In this document: piece by piece, positions 31,176-41,400 of the stretch
How positions within the stretch are numbered: position 1 is the stretch's first letter
Layout of the letters: each line of letters starts with the position of its first letter
Source of the DNA: Balamuthia mandrillaris
Lineage: Eukaryota
Direction of reading: 5' to 3'
Assembly: GCA_031835245.2 (NCBI GenBank)
Contig: JAVKOQ020000005.1
Span: 62,001-126,000 of the forward strand
DNA length: 64,000 bases
Notes under the pieces: generated by a model
The model's database searches: none
What the model saw: the letters and a program-made list of their open reading frames with translations, nothing else
What the model was told of the DNA's origin: nothing
Program-made: the position numbers and the translations under genes

Positions 31176-31486
31176 GCCGTGTGTTCTCTCTTGTTGCTTT
31201 GTTCTCGTTGGAAACTTCGTGTAGTTAAAATCACCCCTCAAACCCTTTCTTTTTATGTCGACGTTAATTATTTCTTTTAGCGACCCCTCACGTTGTCGAC
31301 GAAAACTATTTATGTCGACAGGAATATTTTCCGACCCCTCAAGTTGTCTACAAAAAACATACCGAAAGAAGAAAGGAAAAAGAAGAGAGCAAGAAGAGGA
31401 CGGCGGAAGGCTCACTTCTTTTTTTATTGGTGTTGTTGAACGGTCTATCCACATCTTTTCCCTCTAGCAACCCTTTTTTTTTCACG

Positions 31487-32427
31487 ATGTCGGACAGAGA
31501 AAGTTTTGTGGACCCAGACGAAGTGGACGTGGAAGGTGAGGAGGAGTTCGAAAGCAGAGGGAGCAGAGGGCGGCTGAGATCAGAGATTTCTGTTTCTGGC
31601 AGCGGTAGCGGAGGAGGCGTCAAGGGAAGAGGAGCCTCTGGTGGTCATGGAGGCATGGAGGAACGCTACGCCGGAAAGTCTGGAGTGTTTGAGCGACTGT
31701 CCCGTGATGGCTCTTCTTCCGCTGCCTCTGCTTCTTCTTCTTCCTTTTCCTCCTCCTCCTCTTCTGTCTCTCACCACGAAAAGGGCGCTTCTGTTCCTCA
31801 ACAATGTATTGTACCACTCTTTTTTGCTTCAATCGTGTTCTATTTTTTTTTTGGGCTTATCACTTTTTTTACTCTGGAAACCCAAAAAATGTAGCGGTGG
31901 AAGGTTGGATTGTCATTGCAGCAAATGTACAGGAGGAAGCTCAGGAGGATCAGATACACGACGCGTTTGCCGACTAGTACGTTCCCTTTTTTTTCTTGTT
32001 TTCTCTTTCTTTTCTTCGTCTCTCTGTCCTCTTTCTTTCCAACTCATTTATAGATCCATTTCTTTCTTCTCTTTGTCTCTTTTTCTCTTCTCTCTTCTTT
32101 CTTCGTAAAGTTATGCTTAACACAACAAACCCAATCCAAAAAAACAAAAAACAAAAAACACTTGGCAGTGGAGTGATCAAGAACATTCAACTTCCATTGG
32201 ACAGAAGAACAGGCTTCGTCAAGGGCTACGCCTTGGTGGAGTACGAAACAAAGAGGGAGGCGGAGACGGCCATCGAGAAGATGAACCAAGCAGAGTTTAT
32301 GGGCAAGACATTAACCGTGGACTGGGCCTTCCTGGCCAAGCCTGGCTCCTCCTCTTCGTCTTCATCATCATCTTCTTCTTCTCGAAGCAAAGGACGCGTG
32401 GGAGGAGCAGGCGGAAGGAGAAGATAA
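31487..32427 (+). CDS. RBM8A: RNA-binding protein 8A (Y14), exon junction complex
   Basis: KGRG motif, [58 protein letters not shown]; two introns. Confidence 0.95.
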
Positions 32428-32628
32428 GTCTTTTGGAGGGAAAGAAAGTAATATGTCGACAGTTGTCTACAAAAAGTATAACCTGTTTTTATGACGACAT
32501 TAGATTTAAATATTTGTCGACATTTGTCTGCAAATAATCGCTCCTACAGGAATAATACGAAGGCGACGCAAAGATCATAAGATCTAAGGACAACAAAAAA
32601 GAAATCCCGACGACATTCGTCTTTTGGG

Positions 32629-32654
32629 CCAATGAGCATTTTTCCCGCCAAAAC
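32629..32654 (+). promoter_or_regulatory. CCAAT box plus E2F-type site (TTTCCCGCCAAAA) upstream of the Fanzor gene
   Basis: CCAAT 32629-32633; TTTCCCGCC 32641-32649 fits the E2F consensus TTTSSCGC; about 70-90 bp before the ATG at 32722. Confidence 0.5.
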
Positions 32655-32721
32655 AACCCTTCCTTCTCCCACGTCTTCGAAGGCAAAGTGGTGGGTTGGG
32701 GTGTGGGGTGGGGTGAATGGA

Positions 32722-34843
32722 ATGGATGCTCATGCTGCTGCCGCCAATAAACTTTTGGTACTCGTCATTCGCCTTGACACTTTTCTGCTACTCGTTTTCT
32801 TTTCTTCTCTTCTCTTCTTTTCTTGTCGTTTCTTTCTTTTCAAAAGTAAACACACAGACACACACATCCACGAAGCTCCACGCACCACCGTATTTCTCAT
32901 TGCTACGCTTCTACTACACAAGGAGGAAACCAGCGGCGGAAGGAGGCAGAGGTGGAAACCGAAGCGGTTCAGCAGCAGGCAGGGGCACCGCTCCGATTGA
33001 AAAGGTAGCGTTCTTTTTTCTCTGCTCGCTCACTACATTTTTTGATGATGGAAAAAAAATTTGTTACCAACCACTCACTAATGATTTCTTTTGTTTAAAA
33101 AAGAACAGCATCACGAACCTCTGTGCGCCTCTTCCACAACGCTGCTGGAAGCTGGCCTGAATGGCAAGTTTGCTACCTCTCACGGGTTGGCCGTTCACTT
33201 CGGTCGGGTCCACAAGGAAGGGGGTCGCGCCACTACTTCTTCTACTCCCACTGCTACTCGGAAAAGAAGAGCGGAAAACGCCCCAGCGGCACCTCAGGCA
33301 AGGGCACAGAAGCGTGGAAGGCCGCAGGCTGCACCCGCCCAGCCCTTTTGGAACCAGTTTTCCAGCGAAATCGGGAGAAGATTAATACGCCCAGAAGCCT
33401 TGTGCTTGGAAGAACCCTTTGCCTGTGGTTCAGGATGGTTCACCGCCTGCAAGCACATTCCTAACGGAGAAAAGGTGTTGGAGGAGGAGGAGGAGGAGGA
33501 GAAGAAGGAGAAGGAGAAGGAGAAGGAAGAAGAGGAGAAAAACCAGAAAGGCTTGTTAGGCCTCATCGAGGGACTCGTTCCGTCTCGCCCAGCCGTACAG
33601 CTCACCAAAAAAGGCAAGAATGGAGAGGAGAAACCGGTAGTGGGGCGATTGGAGAAGATCCGCCTTTATCCGCGCTCGGAACAAAAGAAGACGCTGGCCA
33701 AGTGGTTCGGCACAGTACGATGGACCTACAACAAGGCCGTGGAGTTTCATCGTGAACATAAAGGAATGCCTCTTAAGAAGATGAAGGAACAAGTCAGGGA
33801 GAAATTCCTGAATAACGGCAATTTCAACGGAGAGGACAAGAGCCTTGCGTGGGTGTTGGAAACTCCTCGATACATTCGCAGTGACGCCGTCGATGATTTC
33901 TTCAACGGCGTGAAAACCAGCTTGGCGGCGGGCAGGACTGGATTCAAGATGAAGTTCCGTGGTCGGAAGGACAAGAGCCAGTCTCTCAGCATCCAAGCCA
34001 GGGAGTGGAACCACAGCAAGTCCATCCGCCAACTCCTCTTCGGGGAGGCGCGAATCAAAGCGAGGGACAAGAACTACAAAGTTCCGTCGGAGGTGCTCTA
34101 TGCCGTTCGTCTGGTGAAAGACACTCGACTGGGCCATTACTACCTCTGTGTGCCTCAGCCTTTGAAGCTCATGGGCGAGAGCCAAGCCCGTGAGCACCGA
34201 AGGAGAGAGGCAGGCATCATCGCCTTGGATCCAGGAGTGCGCACATTCATGACCACCTACAACGGCTGCGGGGAGGTCACCGAGTGGGGCAAAGCGGACA
34301 TCAACGAGATAGGCAAGCTGTGCCACCGCCTGGACCGCATGCAGAGTAAGGGCACCAAGGGCAACCACAGGCAACGGCGCCGTCTCCGAAGGGCCGCTGC
34401 TCGGCTTCGCCAGAGGATCCGCAACCTGGTGGATGACCTCCACAAGAAGCTCGTGTCTTGGTTGGTCAGGAACTTCTCCCTCATCCTTCTGCCAGAGTTC
34501 AGGAGCCAGCAGATGGTGCGGCGAGGCCACCGACGCATTGGCTCACGAACGGCCAGAGCCATGCTCACCTGGTCCCACTATCGCTTCAGGCAGAGGCTCC
34601 TCAACAAGGCCAAGCAATGTCCGTCCTGTACGGTCTGCCTCTGCGATGAGGAATACACCTCCAAGACCTGCGGCAAGTGCGGCCAAGTCCACCACCAGTT
34701 GGGGGGAAACAAGACCTTTCGGTGCCCAACCCGAGTGTGGCTACCAGGCCGATCGAGATGCCAACGCCGCCCGAAACATCTTGATCCGCTTTTTTACGTT
34801 ACAAGCACTTACCACCTCCTCCTCCTCTGTGAGGGGGCGGTAG
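32722..34843 (+). CDS. Fanzor2 (eukaryotic TnpB-like RNA-guided endonuclease); exons 32722-32757, 32858-33004, 33109-34843; frameshift near 34723-34738
   Basis: PFWN..EI..RL N-terminal motif, KIRLYP..QKKTL..WFG..RWTYN (OrfB HTH), IIALDPGVRTF (RuvC-I D, 34228), ILLP + DEEYTSKTC (rearranged RuvC-II), CGKCG...CP Zn ribbon, and in the shifted frame ECGYQADRDANAARNI (RuvC-III D, 34757). Both 5' introns are GT-AG and phase 0. Confidence 0.92.
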
Positions 34844-34917
34844 GCGGTAAGGTTGCTTTGGTGCCGGCACCGTTGCTTATAGCGAGTCGTATGACAAGCC
34901 GTGATTAGGCACGCCGG
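34808..34917 (+). ncRNA. Candidate Fanzor omega-RNA scaffold (guide predicted to start at 34918)
   Basis: Long hairpin 34808-34851 over the stop codon; GGTG-CCGG-CACC hairpin 34860-34871; three small hairpins 34874-34910; terminal GCCGG 34913-34917 complementary to the CCGG loop (pseudoknot). Folded by eye. Confidence 0.62.
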
Positions 34918-35177
34918 AGGTGGGTTATTTCTTGTTTCTCTGTTTTTTTTTCCCCCGTCAACTAATTTTGCTTTATTTTCGTTGTCCATTGATCGGCTTG
35001 ATCTTGGCACCATCTTAGGAGTTAAAAGGTTTAAATTCCTATTCTTATTGGAGGTGAACCACTGCTGGCTGTGTTTTGTGTGTACATAGCTGAGTGCAAG
35101 CGATCATATAACAAAAGTAATAACAATGAATTGTAATCACAAGAAAGAAGAAAGAAAGAACAAGCGCTGAAAGGTTT

Positions 35178-36023
35178 TCAATCAGACATAACCTGTCGAG
35201 TGATCCACTGAGGCCATTCGGTGATAGGAATCTGTTCTTCCAACACCCGGGAGTATAGACGATGAACGTCCACGTTCTTGAACCGACCTTCTTGTACCGC
35301 ATTCATCTTTGCAAATATAGCCACACTCACAAAATACCTGTTGGCCATTCAGTTATTCGTTTTTTTTTAAGTTGTTAGTGAATCGGATCCGTGACGACTT
35401 ACACTTGAGAGAAAGTGAAGTAAAAAAAGAGTAAGTAAACGTACTTTTCAGACAGGTCTGTAAGAGCGCTTTCGGTGGAGCGTAGCTTCTGTCTCGTCTC
35501 TCTCAACACTTTGTCTTTCAGGTTAAGCTCATTCTCCAAACAATGAACGCGTTCCTCCAAGTGTTTCTGTGCTGGTGTATTTGTTGCTTCCACCATAACT
35601 CCACTGTTGGACTTCACTTTACGAAACGGCAGTCTCGTTGCGTTTCCACTGTGCAGAAACTTTTGCAGCTGTCTCTGAGAGAGTTGAACTTGTTCCTCCT
35701 CCTCTTCTTCTTCCATCGACAGTGTTAAGTCACTGTTGCTGCTTGTGGCCTCTCTATCGAACAAGTCGGAAGGAGGAGGTTTTACAGAGTAGGGAGAAGT
35801 GGAGGAGGGAGAAACCTCTCCTTCCTCCTCGTTTTTGGAAGGCATTACGAGAGAGAGCATAGGAGAGGTGACGTTCCGTGGAGAGAAGCTGCCGCTGAGG
35901 TCCTCTGTTGAGCTTTGGTGGTCGATATTGAGAGACGAGCTGCTCAACTTCAAAAAAACAGAGGAAGGCACGAAAGAGTTAACTCAGACATACAAGAAAC
36001 AATAACAAAAGACGAGAAAAAAG

Positions 36024-36066
<43 letters not shown>

Positions 36067-36558
36067 CAACGACGAGGAATAAAGGGAGTAGAAACGAGAG
36101 GACAACGACAGCAACAAACGATACTCAACTGCCTCACTGCTATCTACGGCAATATTGTACAACAACGAAATGCTGTTCCTCAACTGGGCAAGCCACCGCT
36201 GTCTCTCCTCTCTCGAGGCAGCGATCAGGAAGTAGTCCCGGAAGGAGGTGCGAATGCTGAACGCGCAGCCGGCATACTTGGAACCAGGGCGGACGGCGTC
36301 GGGCACCTCCACCACCTTGGTGGTCCGCTCGAGGGGGATGTAGTCGATGGCCTTGTCGCTCTTGCAGTCGCTCTCCTTGGCAAAGTATTTGAGGCGCTTG
36401 CCGTCCAGCTGGAAGTAACGCCGCTTCCAGTTCTTGCGCCGGCCGCCTTGCTTCTCCAGCCAGCCCTCCAAGGGAGGCAGCGCCGGAGCTCCCATCATCA
36501 TCATGCTCCCTCTCGCACTGCCGCTCCCCGGCGCCGGTGCTGGTGGTGATGGTTCCAT
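35178..36558 (-). CDS. PH-domain protein with Ser-rich linker and coiled coil, multi-exon
   Basis: LEGWLEKQGGRRKNWKRRYFQL..LKYF..YFLIAASREERQRWL; last exon YFVSVAIFAKMN...IPITEWPQWITRQVMSD*. Confidence 0.85.
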
Positions 36559-36886
36559 TTTGCTGTATGTATGTTTGTCTGTATGTTTCTCTTATTGATT
36601 TGTCCGTTTTGGTTACGCCAATTTTTTTTACCTTTTTCTGGAGCAGCCGAAACCGCGTGGGTATTTTTCGTGACGACACGAAAGAAAAATGTTGTGCGAG
36701 GTGTTTGGTTTTTTGTCGACGAGGCATAATATTAATTAATTTAAAAACGAATGTAGGCTGAAATGAATGAACAAGCCGGATTGGCTGACTTGAATCTGGG
36801 GTGATCTACTGGAAATCGTGCAGGGCTACCGAAAAAGCCTAACTAGACTTTTTCCTCTACAAAAAGAACTAAAAAAAGAAAACAGA

Positions 36887-37422
36887 ATGTTGGCCGGCAG
36901 ACCTGTCTGGGTTCTCTCTGTCTTATGGCCCTGCAGCCTTCTTCTGCTGGCATCCTCCTTCTCCGGGGTCTGTGCCCAGGAGATATTGGCAGAGGATGAG
37001 CTTCATCCAGATGGCTCCGTTGAAGTGGAGTTTGATGGAATGGTGGCTCGCTTCCCGTATCTTCATCCTGCTGTGCTGATGTTCCCAAAGCACAACAAAA
37101 CGGGCCAAGTTATCGAGGATCATTACGGAGGCATCGCCTTCCTCAGCGTCCACGAATTGGGTCACTGTGTGTGTTGCAAAGGCTCTAAACTCCCTGGGCA
37201 ATACCTGGACTGCGACGACGGAATTCCCACGGAGATCTTGGACGTGCGGCAGTGGGACTGGCACAGAGAGACGGTGTTGGACAAGCAAACGGGGAAGCTG
37301 CATAAGGTAGTCTACAGTTCCGAGGATGAGGCGCGGCAAGGAGCCAGCCTGCGAGTGGTTTGGGAGGCTATCAGGGATAACGAGCACAGACCTGTAAGGT
37401 TGTGCAGCCCTCACTCTATATT

Positions 37423-37490
<68 letters not shown>

Positions 37491-38413
37491 CACTCACTCT
37501 CTCCCTCCTTCTCTTTATTATATTTCTGCGTAAATGAAGTAATGGCCAAGCGGAGCGTGTCTTAGCTCTGACTCGAAACAACCTCAAGTTCACTGTGGAG
37601 CTCGATAACTACACCTCTGTCATTCATGGCGACGATGCCCCCAACCAACTCTGGGCATTGGCTGTAAGGCTCGTCATTTTCATGAGCAGAGAGCCGCTCT
37701 ACACTCCCAATTTCTTGGGGACGTTCAACATCGCTGTGGACCAGCCTTCGGAGTGGCAGTGGCATGTTTATCTGAGGTCAAAAGAGCCGCCTTACTTTCG
37801 CTATGACCTCACTCAGGTAGACGTTAGCTTTTATCTCTCTTTTGTGCCTCTCTCTCTCCCTCTCTCTCCCTCGTTTCTCTCTAGTTTAAACCACCTCTTC
37901 TTTATTCCTTCGGAACCGCAGTCCATGTTTTCAATCGCTGATCCGCCGAGCGTCTCCCGCGTGATAGAACCCAACACGACCTTGCATGGCTTCGAGCCCA
38001 TAGACTCCAGGAAACTAGGAGTGTACACGGAAGCCAATGGCACCATCGTCAAGGGAGAGTTCCTCGAAATCACTTTGCCCGCAGGGAGCAACCACATCTT
38101 TTACGACCCAGAGCTCAGCGTCCTGTTGGAAACCTCTGGTGAAGAGGATGGGGAAGGCGATGGAGAACAAGACGGAGAAGATGGGGTCGTGGAGGAAGAC
38201 GGGGATGGAGAAGGTGATGCCGATGGGGATGGAAAAGAGACGGGCAGAAAGGAGGGAGGAGAGGATGATGAGGACGAGTGGATCCCTATTGTCGGAGGGG
38301 TGTTGGGCGGGATATTGTTGGTGGGAGCGGTTGCGGCGTTTGCGGCCTTCATGGCCGTCCGGTGGTGGGTCGCCCACAAGAGAAGGCAACAAGTGGCTGC
38401 CGTCAACTTTTAA
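36887..38413 (+). CDS. Type I membrane protein of unknown function
   Basis: Signal peptide MLAGRPVWVLSVLWPCSLLLLASSFSGVCA, one (CT)n intron, FYDPELSVLL, acidic Gly linker, TM WIPIVGGVLGGILLVGAVAAFAAF, short basic tail. Confidence 0.75.
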
Positions 38414-38461
38414 CGTCCAAGCGAAGAAGAGGCTGCATAAATAAGGGGGGGTTGTGTTTTT

Positions 38462-41400
38462 TTATTTCGTTTCGTTTTGTTGGATTAAGCGGGATAAGAC
38501 TTTTCGCTTTCTGCTCTCTTCCTTTGTATTTTTGCGGCCTTTTTTATCCTTTGTGCTTTTTCTCTTCTTGATCGTTCCTTCTTCCGCCTCGGCCTCCTCC
38601 TCCCCGCCGTCTTGCTCTTTTCCATTCTGCACAGGCACCCGTTCTGCCGCCGCCGCTTTCTTCTTCCGCTTTCCTTTCAACTTTTCTTTCCACCCTTCCT
38701 CTTTCTTTAACATCTTCTTCTTCTCCCCATTTTCTTTTTCTTTGTCATCGTCGTCTTCGTCTTCATCTTCTTGCTTGTTATTGTCTTTCGTTTGTTCTTT
38801 CTCTTTGTCTTTCTCGTTCTGATCTTTTTTCTTTTGTTGTTGTTGTGGACAGGAAAAGTTGTTGCTGTTGTAGGTTGGGAACTGCGAAAACCGATCATTA
38901 ATGTTTGTTGAGGCAAGTTGAACTTGATGATGAAAGTTGTTTTGAGAAGAGATATGTTGTTGTTGATAAGGAGAAGAAAAAGTTGGAGGAAAAGAAGAGG
39001 GAAGAGGGAGAGGAGGAGCAGAAGACGAGTCGAAACAGAAATGAGAAGGTGGAAAGGAGAAGGTAGCGTTCATATGTAGATGGTTGTTGAGGTCTTCGCT
39101 GCCATCATCAAAGGGAAGAGCAAAGATTTCTCCTTCGCCGGGAGGAGGCAACGCTGCTTCCACTTCGTTTAGTACATCATCACTTCCCAACGCGAAATGA
39201 TAGTCTGTTTCTTCTTCTTCTTGGCAGAAGACATCGTCATCGTCATCATCACCGTCATCGTCATCTTCCGCTTCAACTCCGGGATCAGTTTCGCTGAGTG
39301 GCTCTGCTTCCACGTCATTGTTGCTAAAGTTTAACCATGCTTCCAAATCATGATATCCTTGACTTCCATCTGCATTTGTCCTTGAATTGTTTGTTGTTTT
39401 TGGCGGGGACAAAGAAGAAGTTGTGTTGGTAGGCCGAGGTTGTTGTGGAAGGAAACCGTTTTGTCTGGTGCTAATACCTGCTACTGGTGCAGTTGTGACG
39501 ATATCTCTTTCTGCAATGTTTTTGTTTGCTTCGATCGGTTCAGACGAAGCAAAGGAAGGAAGACCGGAAGGAGAGCCAGGATACGCGACATCACTACTCC
39601 GATTCTCCAGTGGAAAAGACTTATTCAACGGAATGCTGTTTCTTGCTTTGCTGTTGGTTGGTGCACTCATTTCCAATTCTTCGTCATATCCTTGATGTTC
39701 ATCTCTTTCATGTTCTACGTTGAAGTTGCTGTCAGCTAGTCGTCGTCGCGTCGTTGTAGAAGAAAGACCTGTTTCTGCATTTCCTCCTCCTCCGCCTCCG
39801 TGTTGTGAAGATGAAGCAGAAGAAATGCGTCTGGCGCCAGAGGTAGTTTCTCGGGTGTTGGAGCTGCGCCCCACTTCAGAGGAGCGCTCCTCATCTTCCT
39901 CCTCGGCATAGTCCACATCAGAGTCCTCCATCTCGAATTGGGAGCCATAAATCTTGGCCAGAGCTTCGTAGTGTTTCGCCAGTATGTGAAGTATCTCTTC
40001 AAATGTCGGCCTATATTTCAATAATCCGTTTAGAACAAATGAGGTTTTTTTTAACAATAAGAAAATGAAACAAAACAATAACAAAGTGAGAAAGAAAAAG
40101 TGTAGCAACTAGAGAACAAAAGAAAAAGAAAGCAAGATTTTACCGTTGTTCTGGCTTTTCCTTCCAACATTTCTTAATGATTTTTCTCAGTATTGGGTCA
40201 CAGTCATTTGGAATCTTAAGGCGAGTGTTGTTCTTGGACACAGCGAGAATGACCTGAGCCGGTTGAAGCCCTCTCCAGGGCATGCGGCGTGTGACCATCT
40301 CCCAAAGAAGCACTCCAAAGGAGAAGGCATCGGACGCCTCTGAGTATTGTCGTTTTGTCATCGCCTCTGGTGCCATCCACTGGACAACGGAAAATAGCGT
40401 GTGAGAAAATAAAAGCGATATAAATAATGGTTTTTAAAAATACGAGCAAACAAGTTTGGACAAAGATAGTTCACCAACCTTTACAGGACCGAATTTTGTT
40501 TGTGTGAAACCTACATCGTGTTGCTTTACGCGAGCTAAACCAAAGTCGGAAATATATACAGCTGCGCACAGAGCAAGAGAGAGAGTGTGTGTGTGTGTTG
40601 CAGAGGTGATGTCAGTAAAAATTGCTTACAAAGAACTATATCAAACAGTATACGAACCATAATTGTCCCCAACGAGAACGTTTCGTGTGGCAATGTCCCG
40701 ATGGATCACTTTCTCCCGATGCAAATGCAGCACCCCTTTTGAAATTGGAATGTATCATGCTTGGAGAAGAGAGAGAGAGAGAGAGACACGAACCAGCAGC
40801 AATGTCTCTGGCCATCTTAACCAATATAACAAGGGGAACTCGCTCTCTGCGCTTCACCAACATATCATAGAGGCTTCCCTTCGGGCAGTACTCCAACACA
40901 AGCGCAAACTTGAGGTCCTGCGGTGGCAAACTCCCTATCGATTGCTGAGTGACCCCTCCTTTTTGTAGATGCTGTTGTGGTTGTTCTTTCGCTCCCACCT
41001 CTCCTTCTCCTCCTCCTGACCCTTCTTCTCCTTCTTCTCCTCCTTTCTGTATTTCATTTGCACTTGCTCCCTGTTTGCTTGGTTGCAGTTGTAATGGTGG
41101 TTGTTGTGCTTCAATGTCGTGATCTTCTTGAATCACGGCTCCCACAAACTTAACAACGTTGGGATGGTTGGAGAGCTTTTGCATCATCTGCGCCTCTTCC
41201 CGTATCTCCATTATGGTAGCCTGATCCGCCTCTTGTAACTTGAAGTGATCAAAGGTCTTGACGGCCACAGGCGCTCCCCTCCATTGTCCCTTGTAGACTT
41301 TGCCAAAGGCACCCGAGCCAAGTTCCTCTCCCAAAATAAGGTCTTTGGGATCTATCTCCGTAAAAGTGAACTTTGTCTTGCCAAAGCGTCCCATTCGTAG

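Noticed and set aside
33556..34530. 324-aa antisense ORF over the Fanzor (and similar antisense ORFs such as 10101-11567, 24245-24955, 28252-29223)
   Set aside because: Shadow ORFs from GC-rich codon usage on the opposite strand; no recognisable motifs.
13117..34917. hAT transposase as the mobiliser of the Fanzor
   Set aside because: 17 kb apart; the hAT is closed by its own TIRs/TSD and no hAT TIR flanks the Fanzor.
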